This document shows, piece by piece, positions 24,196-36,475 of a DNA stretch of 64,000 nt (the first letter of the stretch is position 1; every line of letters begins with the position of its first letter). The notes under the pieces are model-generated. The model worked only from the letters and a program-made list of their open reading frames with translations. It was not told the origin of the DNA and did not search any database. This DNA is from Podarcis erhardii (Eukaryota): NCBI GenBank assembly GCA_964252035.1, contig OZ176201.1; one strand, written 5' to 3'. The translations under genes were made by a program, and so were the position numbers.

Positions 24196-26741
24196 CACCA
24201 AGGCAGAAGACCGTTTAAAATCCAGGAAAGGCTGTTACAGAGCAAAATCTAGGGGCTCAGCAGATCAAAGAAGCACGACTGCCTTGTGGGATTGCTCTAC
24301 ACGGGAGACAATGGGTAGTGTCTCCAAAGAAGAAAGCACTTTAGAAAGACTCCCTGGTTTGAAGGATTTAGCAAGCTCCAAGGAAGCAGCACGGAAAAAT
24401 AATTCTTATCCAAAGGAACCCACTTCTGCAATGGAACCTAACATTATAAAAACTGTGCAAAGGAATACGGATGATCTAGAAGGGGAGCTTGAGCCTTTAG
24501 ACCCTGGCAAAGCAGCAGTGGAAACTTCACCACCCCCTCCTGGAGCACAGACTGTTAGTGGGGATGAAAGACACCATAGCAATGAACCAAAGCAGCTAGA
24601 AGCCTTCAGCAAAGAGCACTTAGACAAAAGGCAAGGGTTGGGAAAGAAGGGCTTTCGGAGGCTTGACTGGCTTTCTGAGCACAATGAGGGGCTAAGGCCT
24701 CCCTACAGAAATGTAAATAAGCCAACAGATGTAGCAACAAACCTGGCCGTTAGGGGACAGTCTGCACGAGAAGCTTCTTTGTTAGCTCTGCCAGTATTTA
24801 GAAAAATGCAAAATCCTCACGCAAGTAAAGCAAGGACTGTTGAGAGTGCACTCTCCCCCAGGAAGGGGCAGGCAATGGACTCCGATTTAGCCGAAGTAAG
24901 TTCTGCGAACACTGCTGAGTGGGCATTACAGATGTCGGGGCATCAGACAGCCACAGACCTTTCTGTCCGCAAACATGCTTGGACTGCTAATGCCGGAGAT
25001 GTTTCGGAACGTGTTCCTCTGCGGTCTGTGGAATCTCCTTCCTGCAGCACCTATGATGACACAAGACCCTATATGTGCAACGCCCTGGTGGAGGAGCAGG
25101 GGAAAGATGGCGCAGCGCAGGAAGAGGACCCAGCTGTGTACACATGCATTGAATGCAGCATCTATTTTAAGATGAAGGAACATTTGATGGACCATATGCT
25201 TCAGCATAACAGGGGACTAGGGCTGGATGAAAGCAGAGAGGGCATTGGAGGTCAGTGTCAGTTGACCTGTAGTGAATGTGGATGGGCTTTTGGGGACATT
25301 GGTTCTCTAGAGCAGCACAGGAGACTCCATCAGGAGTCCAGAGAAAAAATCATTGAGGAAATTCAGAAGCTCAATGAATTCCCAGATGAAGGCCGTGATG
25401 CCAGGCTACAGTGCCCAAAGTGTGTGTTTGGAACCAACTCCTCTAAGGTGTTTGTCCAACATGCAAAGATGCATGTCAAGGAGAGGAAAGATCAAAGTTT
25501 GAAGAATGTGAACTTGTTTGGCAGTTCCAGTGGTAGTGATCCACGGGACAGCTCCATGCACAACATATATAGTAGACATTTCAGGCCAAATGATCATGTA
25601 CCTCAAGTGGCGCATGTACACAGTAGCAACAAAGGTCTTAGCACTTGCATGCTTTGCAGCTTTCCAGCCCCAAATGAAAACATTTTAAAAGAACACATGA
25701 AATATGCTCATTCCCACTTGTCCTGGAACACGGAGTCTTTTGAAGCAGATGTAAACCAGCCTGGAACTAGTAGGGATGCCTACAGCCCTAGCAGGTCAGG
25801 CCGATTTTCAGAAACTGATTATTTGAGCAAAGCAGGCAAACATTTTCCCCAGTCCCACTGTGAAACCACGTCCCACTATGAATCCCTTCATGGCTTCACA
25901 GTGGGCCACCAGAGACTTAATAAAAGCAATGGCACTAATAAAAAAGAAATCCCAATGCCTGGGTTTCGGGCTAGGAAACGAGCTCCCTATAGCTCTTCAC
26001 ATAAGATCTTGTCTACTCTTACCTCAGCGAAAGCTTATTCTCCGCATGCCCTGAAACAAATAAGGAATAAAAGCACAGCACCGCCACTTGAGACTGAGAG
26101 AGAGAATGCCAAAAGCCACCCAGGTGGGCTGGAGGAACTCCAGCACAAATGGTTACCCGTAAGCGATATTAGGAGTATGGAAGAAGAATTCCCTTTAGCA
26201 ACAGAAATAGAGTTAGCAGAGAATAGATATTTCAGGCCTGTTGCTATTCCTCAATCTGCTTTGGACCTCAAAAGGAATTTCAGGGGCACTTTGAAGGCAA
26301 CAGATTATCCAATAGCATCAGCGGGGCAGCAGCATCAGTTACGTCACATGGTCCCCATTGTTCTTGTTGATGAGATTAATATTTATCCCAGAAAGATGAA
26401 GCGGCCCAAGATGAAGATTCTCAAGAAAAAGATGTTGCCTCCTTCCCAAGAGTTTGGAATGGATGAATCCCTTCCCTTAGGCGTCTTCCTATTAGATTCC
26501 TCTTTAGAAAGCTCCTTAGAACTGGATGATCTTCTGGATGCAGATTCATTGATGCTGAAGAATGAGGAGAGGAAATGCCCGTACTGTCCTGACAGGTTCC
26601 ACAATGGGATTGGCCTAGCCAATCACGTGCGGGGCCACCTGAACAGGGTGGGTGTGAGCTACAATGTCCGTCACTTCATCTCTGCAGAAGAAGTGAAAGC
26701 TATTGAGCAAAAATTTTCCTTCCAAAAGAAGAAGAAAAAAG
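24196..26741 (+). CDS. WIZ: WIZ large exon (2546 nt), C2H2 fingers 1-5, ending FSFQKKKKK
   Basis: Acceptor gttcttttcag|c, donor aaag|gtagta. Inside ORF 24176..26908. Contains CIECSIYF..H, CSECGWAF..H, QESREKIIEEIQKL, RLQCPKCVFGTNSS and CPYCPDRFHNGIG. Confidence 0.96.
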
Positions 26742-26990
26742 GTAGTATGTATTCAATTTATAATTTTTTCAATTTTTCTAATATTTTTCATTCCTTGAAG
26801 ATGGGTATGTATGTTCCCATATTTTCCCTCTCAACAATAGATGTTATAGCATCTTTGCAATGTCTACTTTTCATAGTTTGGGTTTTTTTTAAAAAAAAAA
26901 TCATGTGATCTAGTGGGGGTTCTTTGAAAGCATTTATTGCCTGTTCTTTATGTTTTAATATGACACTGATTATTATCCCCTCTTTCACAG

Positions 26991-27356
26991 TTGCAAACTT
27001 TGATCCAAGTACTTTCAGTTTAATGAGATGTGAATTCTGTGGGGCTGGCTTTGACACACGTGCAGGATTATCCAGCCATGCCCGAGCTCACCTGAGGGAT
27101 TTTGGAATCACTAACTGGGAGCTCACCATCTCACCAATTAACATTTTGAAGGAGCTACTAGCCAATTCATCAGAATACCCTATGCTTCAGTCTGCACTAG
27201 GAACAGATCCTTCATCGCCAAATCAGGAGAGAGAGATGCTTGGGTTTGGGCCCTGCAAAAGCACGACCCCCATATCTGAATGCAGCATTTCACAATCACC
27301 TTTCTCCCCGTTCCCTCCTTCCTGGGGAGATGAGCCCATGCAGCCCTTCAGAGATG
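26991..27356 (+). CDS. WIZ: WIZ exon with finger 6 (VANFDPSTFSLMRCEFCGAGFDTRAGLSSHARAH)
   Basis: Acceptor tctttcacag|tt, donor gatg|gtaagc; 366 nt, phase 1-1. Confidence 0.96.
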
Positions 27357-29510
27357 GTAAGCAGTTTCAGAATTTTACATGCATCCTGGAAACAGTACTA
27401 ATCTTAGTAAGCATGCTACCTCCTTAACCCTGCCTGGTGATAACCTTTACAGAACAACCTGAAAGAAGTGATGGTGATTATTATGAACTATAGTGATAAG
27501 CAGAAGTAAAACACAGGATTCAGACATTTCCCAGGAGCCCATGGAGAGGAAGACATCTGGATGTTCCAGGGAGAGGATGGATTCTGATGTCCATCTTTCC
27601 TTCCATTAATGTGATGAGTGTCTAATTGAGATGTCATGCAGTGGCCCAAGTCTTCCCAGAAGTCATAGACTGGTCTAAGTCCTACTTCAGGGAAGGCTTT
27701 TTGAGATAAAGGAGTGTATATATAAACACACACGTCTCAATAAAAGACAAAGTGTGGGAGCAAAGAGAAGGAAACAAAAGTGTCAAAGCCTAAAACTGGT
27801 GTGTGGGTGGGAATGAGAAAAATATTGGGTGGAAGTGAAGATGAAAGATGAACAGAGCAGAAAAAGATTAAGTCAAAGAAGAATATATAAAGGAGGGGGA
27901 TAGAAGAGAAAATAAATAATGATAGTTTGTTAAGTGAGAGGATTGATTCTATGGGAAGTGGATGTGGTAACCAGGACCACATAGGAATGCATATGAGTTG
28001 GGTAACATTTTTCTTCCTGACCTCCTAGGCAAATCACCAGACCAATTTTTTAAGCAGCCAGTCATAACTGGGTGCTCAGGTTTTGCACCCCTGATGAAAA
28101 AGTAGACTGCAGATAAAAAGTAATGACTAATCTCTCTCCCATCTGTAGTAGGAAGTGTTCAGTTATTTTCTCCAGTCATAATATGAAGTTGCCTCAAAAT
28201 CTGATCTAAATCTAAAACAAATAGGAAAATACATCATGTTGCCATGTCATATCCTTGCCATTCGGCTACATTTCAGGCCAGCCTATTCTGACTTGGGCTA
28301 CCCCCATTTCTAACTGTGACAACTTAGGTTCTTACTATTAGATTTTTGTCTGTACAGCTTGTCTACTCTGGGCGTGGTTCTGAGGTTTTCTCACTGGAAA
28401 AACTTTCATGGGGCAGAAAGAGACCATAACAAAGTTGTCATGGATGTTACTTAAACGATAAACCGCTTCACATACACAGAATATATAGGGTATAATTACT
28501 TTCAATCTCCATCCCATTCCTGTTATTTTGTATTCTTTAACCTTTATATAACCAGCAGTATTAAACCACTTTCGGCCAGTAGTCTGAATTTTGTTCATTG
28601 GTTTGAAGAATTGATGGATACTATTACACTGCAGGCGCATGGTATTTAGCAAGTGACATATTTGTGATCTGTAATACTAACTAAGGTAGAAAATAGATTT
28701 CTGCATAGTTTCTTCTATAGGACTTGGAATGTATTTCTGATCCCAAATCCCATCTTGTCTATGGTGTTTACTGAAGTCTAAAGAAAAAGGTGTGAGTGTG
28801 CATTGCCACACAGTGGCTTTGGTGTTAAGCAGCCGATACGAGTCCTCCTATCTGTGGAATGGCATTTAGCAAATGCAAGGAATGCCAAATGGCAGATTCA
28901 AAAGGAATTTTGCAGGCATTGCTACACTGTGAAATGAAGAAAAGTTATATGTTTGGCTTCAGGAATGGTCTGTAGGCACATAATGCCTATCCACAGTCAA
29001 GCAGTTCTTGCCCTGTGAGCTGCCTGGATGAGAGACTGCTTGGAAGCCATAAGTAAGTCACCCTTTAGAAAAGGAGCAGGGTATAAATGCAATAAATAAT
29101 CAATTAACATGTTTACTAGCCCTCAATATATCATTCATTATATACAAGCTGCCAGATGGACGTTTCTGCAAATAAATGTTTTTATCTAAGAAGCAACGGA
29201 TGGGAATAATGGTGTGCATTTCTAAGTCTTATGAGTTAATCTATACTAAGAACTGTGAAAAATCAGCAGTTGGCTTTGCAAAGTGGAGACATCATGTAGC
29301 TAGAAAATTTGCCTAAACACACAAACAACTGTCAGAAACTGCATATGGTATCATCAGCATGCACATACCTATTAATTTACCTATCAGTTTACTTAACATT
29401 CTTGCAGTACTGAGGACAGCAATACAGCCTGTAGGAAATTATGGTGGAGACTGTAATGGAAAGCTGACTGCAGAAAAGTATCATGCTGTGTTATGGGAAT
29501 AATAAATAAT

Positions 29511-29885
29511 AATAATAAATTTTATTTATATCCCACCCTTCCCGGCCAAAGTCGGGCTCAGGGCAGCTAACAACACTAAAACAGTGCAACATTAAAAAAC
29601 ATTATAAAAATTTATTAAAATCAAAATTGATGGCAACCATAAACTAAAGTTTTGTAAAGATTGCCAAGGAGGGAGTCAGGCTGCGCCCTGACCAAAGGCC
29701 TGGTGGAACAGCTCTGTCTTGCAGGCCCTGCGGAAAGATGTCAAGTCCTGCAGGGCCCTTGTCTCTTGTGACAGAGCGTTCCACCAGGTTGGAGCCGCAG
29801 CCGAAAAAGCCCTGGCTCTAGTTGAGACCAGCCTAACCTCTCTGTGGCCTGGGACCTTCAAGATGTTTTTATTTGAAGACCGTAA
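29511..29885 (-). mobile_element. L2 LINE 3' end
   Basis: Minus-strand peptide RARAFSAAAPTWWNALSQETRALQDLTSFRRACKTELFHQAF, followed by a typical tail ending in (TTA)n. Confidence 0.85.
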
Positions 29886-30373
29886 ACCAAACATTCATGG
29901 ATTTCTGTTGCTAGTCAAATGCATTAAGGTTAGCAGTGACATGAACGAAATCTTTGATGCCTTGTCGTTCTGGATGCATTCAGGAATGAAATAAAACAGC
30001 TAAATTGGCATTACTTACTAGTACTTACTAGTTCTAGTAAGAGAGAAGGGTGCTGAAAACAAGGTAGGGAATATGGACCAAAAAATTACTGGATGGCTTC
30101 ATAACCTTTTCCTGATTTGTGGAAGAAGGATTGCAGAATTCAGTGGTGCCAAGATCACTATGATATAAAAAGAAAAAGTAAAACCTCCAACAACTTCCCT
30201 TGATGGAAGCACTTGCAAGTCTTCATCTGAAAAGGTGGTTGCATTTGTACATCATGAAAGGAACAGGTATTGGGTGCTAGACAAATGCCAGGGGATTCTC
30301 AGATCTGTGTATGTCAAAGATGTGTGGCCCTTCAGATATTGCTGGACTATAACTCCCCTAATCCCTGACCTTA

Positions 30374-30724
30374 AAGGTAAAGGGACCCCTGACCATTAGG
30401 TCCAGTCGTGACCGACTCTGGGGTTGCGGCACTCATCTTGCTTTACTGGCCGAGGGAGCCGGCGTACAGCTTCCGGGTTATGTGGCCAGCATGACTAAGC
30501 CGCTTCTGGCGAGCCAGAGCAGCGCACAGAAACGCCGTTTACCTTCCCGCCGGAGCGGTACCTATTTATCTACATGCAGTTTGACGTGCTTTCGAACTGC
30601 TAGGTTGGCAGGAGCAGGGACCAAGCAACGGGAGCTCACCCCGTTGTGGGGATTCGAACCGCCCACCTTCTGATCGGCAAGTCCTAGGCTCTGTGGTTTA
30701 ACCCACAGTGCCACCCGTGTCCCT
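30374..30724 (-). mobile_element. Sauria SINE, full length
   Basis: 13-bp TSD atccctgacctta at 30361-30373 and 30725-30737. Confidence 0.96.
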
Positions 30725-32212
30725 ATCCCTGACCTTAGGCTATGCTAATTGAGGATGATGTAAATTGGAATGCACAGCATTAGGAGGGAAGGCCAAAGAA
30801 GGAGTGGCTGCAGCTCTGTCTCCTGTAAAAGCTGATTCCTCCCCCAGAGTGAAGCTGTAATCAGAAATAAAAGCTGCCAGTCAGGAACATGGTCATCTGA
30901 GGACATATCTCTATATAAAACCTTCTGGTGCTTCTGCTTTTACTACTATAGGCAGTTGTGAAAGATGATCCTCTAAGAACAAGAACGATGTAACGTTGCT
31001 GCATACTGACAGCCAATATAGAAAGTAGTTTAGCCTGACCTGACTACAGCACAGAGAAAAATGGCAGCATTTTCAGACAGCAGTTACATTATAGCTTTAT
31101 TATGTAAAATATGGAAATACAATGAGACTAAAGTGACTAGGAAGATGGAGTCCGATGTTAGTGAAGAAAGCAACTCTAGAATGTTTTGCTTCTCCTCATG
31201 AAAAATACTAGGAATTTATTCTCTTCTTCAGCTCAGTTTTCAGATGTTGAACAGTTGGGGTTTATGTAAGCAAAATGGAGATCTAGTTTGAAACCAATGC
31301 TAGCCTGCAAATAGAAAATTATAGCTCATCCTTTACAAATCATTATTTATCTTAATGCAGATGCCTTTTGCTTTAAAATATTATGAGTAGGACTCCACTG
31401 AACTTTATGCTCTCTCTAATTTATCTGTATCCATAAAATACAGACATCTCTATATTTTCAAGGCCTTACTAAGCCAAGCAACACCACAAAGAACAAGATA
31501 ATTTTTTATTATTATTTAAGCAAGTAGCATTGGTAGATTAGATTTCTGGCAGGCTTTTATGTAATTTGGAAGTCTGGGGAAATCTCCCATTTGGATTAAC
31601 CAATTCATTATAAATCTCTGGATAAAGTGTTCATTGGATTCCCAATACATGCCCAGAGTGTATAAACCCTAGAAACATGGGGAACAATGTTCCTCTTCTT
31701 AAGAAGTGGTTTCTTGTGGGGTATTTTTGTTTGTTTGTAGATAGCGAAGGTTTTCAAATATAGACGTTGTGAAAGTTCAACATTAAGACACTTCTTTTTG
31801 GAAGCTAATTGTTCATAGGCTCAAATTCATTTTGTAACTTAGCAAAGAAAAAGAATGAATTTGTGATTTTAACCATTCTTTCCCTCCTCTGTGTGTGGCA
31901 AAAACACAGACCAGCATTGTGTCACTCTGTCTCTATCTCTGCATTTTTTTGCCAACCACTGGAAGATCATGTACAATGAAACTTAACTGCCATGCTTTCT
32001 TACTCCCCAGCCCCCGGTGACCTAAACCCTTCATGGATATATTTTGAGGCATGTATTTCAGATATCCCCTAAATCTGCATACATAGATGGCTGGGTCTCT
32101 AACTCGTGCAAAGTCTGTAGATTCCAAAGAGGCATGGACCTTGTTTTGAGTGGCATGTGGGCTAAAAGCATCTTGGTCATTTTTTATTTTATCATCTGGA
32201 CTTCCTATTCTT

Positions 32213-32611
32213 TTTAAAAATAATAATAATAATATTTATTACTTTTTAAAAAGGAAAGAGAAAAGAGAAAAAAGAACAAGAACAAGAAAAAATAAAACAA
32301 TACAATATATAAACCATACAAAACACAACCTCAACACATCACCCAACACAATGAACTAAACAAAACAAAACAAAAACAATTTAAAAACATACATCATACC
32401 TTTTCCATATTCTAACTTTCATTCCCTTATATCATCGACCTCCTCTCACCTCCCTCTTTGTATTCCACTTCCATTAATTGTTTCAGCAATTCCTTTCCAT
32501 CTTTCTCCATTTTCTATCATATAAATGTCTTAACATTGCTGCAGGAGAGCGCTGACTTTTTCCTGTGGACAATTGGACTTTAAACAACAACCCATGAGTA
32601 GTACGGAAAAT
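32213..32611 (-). mobile_element. Truncated non-LTR retrotransposon insertion, probably an L1 3' end
   Basis: 16-bp TSD tggacttcctattctt at 32197-32212 and 32612-32627; low-complexity tail; family assignment is inferred. Confidence 0.6.
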
Positions 32612-33516
32612 TGGACTTCCTATTCTTAATGCTGACCCTAAATTCTTCATCTAACCGAAGCCAATTGAACATTTTTACCTCTTTTTTCAGGGAGGGTGTC
32701 AATTCTCACAATGAGGTAATATATTTTCTAGAACTCTTGAGTTGTTACTATTGATAAAATCCCTTTCTTTGGCAACAGGAAGTGAATCAACAATTTTCAT
32801 AGCTTGGTAAAAATGTTGTAACATGGCTGAAGACCCAAGAAAACTACAGAATATAAGGTTGGATCAGTGCTGCTAAAACATATATGGTCTATGAGCCCAG
32901 CCTGGCCCACAAAGTATATTCTGTCCATTCTACAGCTGCTAAAAGGGTATGCCATTATAGAAGAAGGAAAGAGGACCCCTTCCTAACAGTTTTATTAAAA
33001 TCAGTTGTCACTTTTTTAGGCACCTAGTGCTGGTGAAGAAAATGCATTATTTGCCTGCTGAAAGGTAGTTCCTTTTTTTTTCTGTCCCTAGGCATTTGCT
33101 TAGTGATGAGTTCAACCCCCAAAAATATATGAATACAGTTACAGAGAAATGAAAATTTAAATATAGGAATAGAAAATTTAGAGAAATGTGAAATTGGGCT
33201 TACAACTAGATAAGTGGGATTATGATTGCAACAAAAGAGAGGAGATATTTGCATTGCATTTCACTTTCAGAAAAATGGTCTTCTGATTGAAATATTTCTC
33301 TCGCTTGTCTTATGGCTCAAAAGCAGCTTTGCTCATCGTGAACTGATGGAGAGGATGTTGGATTTTAAGCACACTTTAGTGCATATTTATTCTTTTTGAG
33401 ATGGTTCATCTTTCTTGATCTTCAGAACAGAAGGGAAGATCTGTTTATTAGAAGAGGTCAACTGAAGCAAGGAATAAAAAACCAGGATTAAATTTACTGT
33501 CTTCTATTAAACTGTC

Positions 33517-34149
33517 TCTCACTGCCTGAGAGAGGCAGTGAGAGATTTTACTTTCTTGGGCTCCATGATCACAGCAGATGGTGACAGCAGTCACGAAATT
33601 AAAAGACGCCTGCTCTTTGGGAGAAAGGCAATGGCAAACCTAGATAGCATCTTAAAAAGCAGAGACATCACCTTGCCAACAAAGGTCCGTATAGTTAAAG
33701 CCATGGTTTTCCCTGTAGTGATGTATGGAAGTGAGAGCTGGACCATAAAGGAGGCTGATCGCCGAAGAATTGATGCTTTTGAATTATGGTGTTGGAGGAG
33801 ACTCTTGAGAGTCCCATGGACTGCAAGAAGATCAAACCTATCCATTCTTAAGGAAATCAGCCCTGAGTGCTCACTGGAAGGACAGATCGTGAAGCTGAGG
33901 CTCCAATACTGTTAAGTTACATAACAAATACTTTGGCCACCTCATGAGAAGAGAAGATTCCCTGGAAAAGACCCTGATGTTGGGAAAGATGGAAGGCACA
34001 AGGAGAAGGGGACGACAGAGGACGAGATGGTTGGACAGTATTCTCGAAGCTACAAACATGAGTCTGACCAAACTGCGGGAGGCAGTGGAAGACAGGAGTG
34101 CCTGGCATGCTCACGAAGTCAGACGCGACTAAACGACTAAACAACAACA
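33517..34149 (+). mobile_element. RTE-BovB LINE, 5'-truncated 3' end
   Basis: Peptide DFTFLGSMITADGDSSHEIKRRL...VMYGSESWTIK...DAFELWCWRRLLRVPWTARRSN; (CAA)n tail; 11-bp TSD attaaactgtc at 33506-33516 and 34150-34160. Confidence 0.95.
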
Positions 34150-34849
34150 ATTAAACTGTCACCTTTCTTTGTATCTATGGCCTGGGCCCCTCCATTACAA
34201 ATGGGTTTGGAGCTGAAAAAAGACTAACTGCAATGCAAGGAAGTGTCCAAATCTGATTGGGATTTAAGGGAAGACAGTCTTCTTTAGGCAGTTGATCCTT
34301 ATAAGTAGATCTGAAGGAAACCCTGTTTTCTCAGCCTTGAGATAAAAGGGGGCTTTTCATAAATTACAACTTATTTATGTATCTGTTGTAGTTTTTAAAA
34401 TATGTTGTATTTCGATTAATCTGTTATCTTGCTTTGCTACCTGCACAGGAGCAATTGCTGTTTAACTAGTACAGTATATAGATTGAGGTTGCAACTGTGA
34501 AAGCTATATCCTCCACCACTTCAGTGCACTTGAGTCATTTTGTAGTTTTGGGCTAGAAAACTGTGGCCATTCAAGTAAAGTGGTTTTGCAGATGAAGAAA
34601 CAGATAAAAATGTTTTTAAAACTGTTGCTTAAAGATGCAGAGTGTTTTTATACACCTCACGTTGCTTGTCTGCTGTGAAGCTCTTTATCTCTCTTTCAGC
34701 AGTATTATTCTGAAGGCGTTCTGGCCACAGAGTGCATCTTCCTCTCTCGGTTTTTTGTTTTCCCCACCTGCCCGCTAGCAAACTGTCCCCCTCTCCCTTT
34801 CTGCCTTCTCCGTCCTAGCTGTGGCCAGGAGAGTTAGGTGCTCTACTGC

Positions 34850-35730
34850 TCTCGTCTGCTGGAGCCTTAAGCGCGCGGCTTCCATCCTTGCTGGCTTTCC
34901 CTTAATCTGTCGTTCGATGGTGGAGTAGTTTTGCCTGGACCCGTACCCTGATCGCTTCGTGCTTTTCGCTGCATCTCTCTGGGCCTGTGGATTCCTCCTG
35001 GTTCGGCTGGGCCGGCTTCTCTTGGGTGGACTCGGCGCTCGACTACTCCACCTGATCGCGCTCAGTTGGAGTCTCGGCGCTCCGCCGCCCCGCCTGGCTG
35101 CCGCCCCGCATGTGCCGGACCCAAGATGGCGGCCTCCACCCCCTCGCAGCCCAAAGCGACAAAAGCGGTGGCGGCGCCGCGGCCCCGAGAGGATGAAGCG
35201 AGCGCGGGTCCTCCGCCCGAGGCCGGTAAGTCCCCGGAAGGCGAGGAGGAAGACATGTCCGTCAGGCAGGAGGGCCGATCGGGAGGTGTCATGCTGGAGA
35301 CCTGCTTTTCCTTCCGCCCCCCCCCCTCGCCCGCCGCCTCCGGGGCAGCCCGGTCTGCGCCTTCAGGGATCGCGGCGCCTGTCCCTTTCTGGGGGTGGCG
35401 TGAGGTCGGGTTGGGTGGCTGGCAGGAGGCAGCGCCTTGCTTCTTCGAGCCGAGTGCGTGGTAGCTTTCCTGTCAAGGCCTGGTAGCCCGCGGCTCTCCT
35501 CCTCCTTCCCCGCCAACGGGGCGCCCGGGTACCTCGGCCGTGCCTTCCCCGCTGGTCAGCATCCTTTCGGCCGCCTCCCATTTAGCCTCTGCAGCACCCG
35601 GAGCCACTGGCCAGCGCCTGTCACGTCTGGTCCGCGCCCTCCGGCAGCAGCTGGCAATCGAAAGTGAGACATTTTTTAAAAAAAAAATAAAATAAAGCAT
35701 CTTTTGTCCGCTGCGAGAACGGGAATAATC
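34850..35730 (+). promoter_or_regulatory. Intragenic CpG island / internal WIZ promoter
   Basis: Abrupt GC- and CpG-rich segment in AT-rich surroundings; YY1-type CAAGATGGCGGC motif at 35122-35133 overlapping the start codon. Confidence 0.8.
35126..35225 (+). CDS. WIZ: Alternative first coding exon of short WIZ isoform, MAASTPSQPKATKAVAAPRPREDEASAGPPPEA
   Basis: ATG in aagATGg context inside a CpG island. Donor gccg|gtaagt after 100 nt is phase 1, in frame with exon 37278. Long and short WIZ isoforms are known in mammals. Confidence 0.75.
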
Positions 35731-36299
35731 CACATCGAGGCAAACCGGCTCTCGTTTCTTTTGACTTTCTAACCTCCCTTGTGGATACATATTATTAAAG
35801 TGAATTTTGAAAATCCTGAAAAAAATGTTACTGACTCGTCAAAAGCCCAAAGTAAGACACCAAGAATTGGTTGTATTGCAGTATAAGAAATATGCATACC
35901 TAAAACATAGGTTGGAAATTATTTATTTTTTAATGCAATAAGTTATCTCGTGTCTGTTTTGGCTATCCAGCACTTTGAAGGTCGGAATGGCTGACTTCTG
36001 TCTTTTAATCTCTCAAGTCTAGTAATATAAACAATAGAATACAGTAATTCTGCTTTAACCTGCGTTTCCGATTGCCTACTTTGTTGTATATTTAAATAAT
36101 TTTGAAGAATAAAAAAAAAGTTGTAGCTGATATTATCTCTGAATTATAGTGAATTTGTGCAGAAAACAACAGTTGGGATCAGTCTTACTTAGGAGAAGAT
36201 TCCCTATTCTGCTTATCTTCCCCATCCCTATCTTTTTTTGCAGTTTGAGCCTATGTGTGTCTATTCAGAAGTAAGTTATTTATTTATATTTATATATAG

Positions 36300-36475
36300 T
36301 ATTACAGTTATATTCTGCCATTCTTCCAAGGAGCTCAGGATGGCATACATGGTTCTTTCTCTCTCCACTTTATAAGGCTAGTTTAGGTAGGCCAGGCTGA
36401 AAGAGTGTGACTCGCCCAAGATCACGGGGTAAGCTTCATGGCTGAGTGGGAATTTGAATCAGAGCCTCCACAGTT
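36300..36475 (-). mobile_element. MIR/Squam3-like SINE fragment
   Basis: gactcgcccaagatcac...agcttcatggctgagtgggaatttgaatc resembles the reverse complement of CORE-type squamate SINEs (recalled). Confidence 0.5.

Noticed and set aside
24406-26622. Antisense and out-of-frame ORFs within WIZ exons (also at 39046-39264, 42132-42717, 44109-44545, 45281-45609 and 47160-47515)
   Set aside because: Shadow ORFs of GC-rich coding sequence.
27488-27990. Purine-rich segment with TATA-like and AATAAA motifs suggestive of an LTR
   Set aside because: No TG...CA termini, TSD or second copy found.
34959-35790. Long Pro/Arg/Gly-rich ORFs (up to 175 aa) in the WIZ CpG island; similar ones at 54980-56180
   Set aside because: Expected from stop-codon scarcity in GC-rich DNA; only the ATG 35126 and ATG 55518 exons have splice and homology support.
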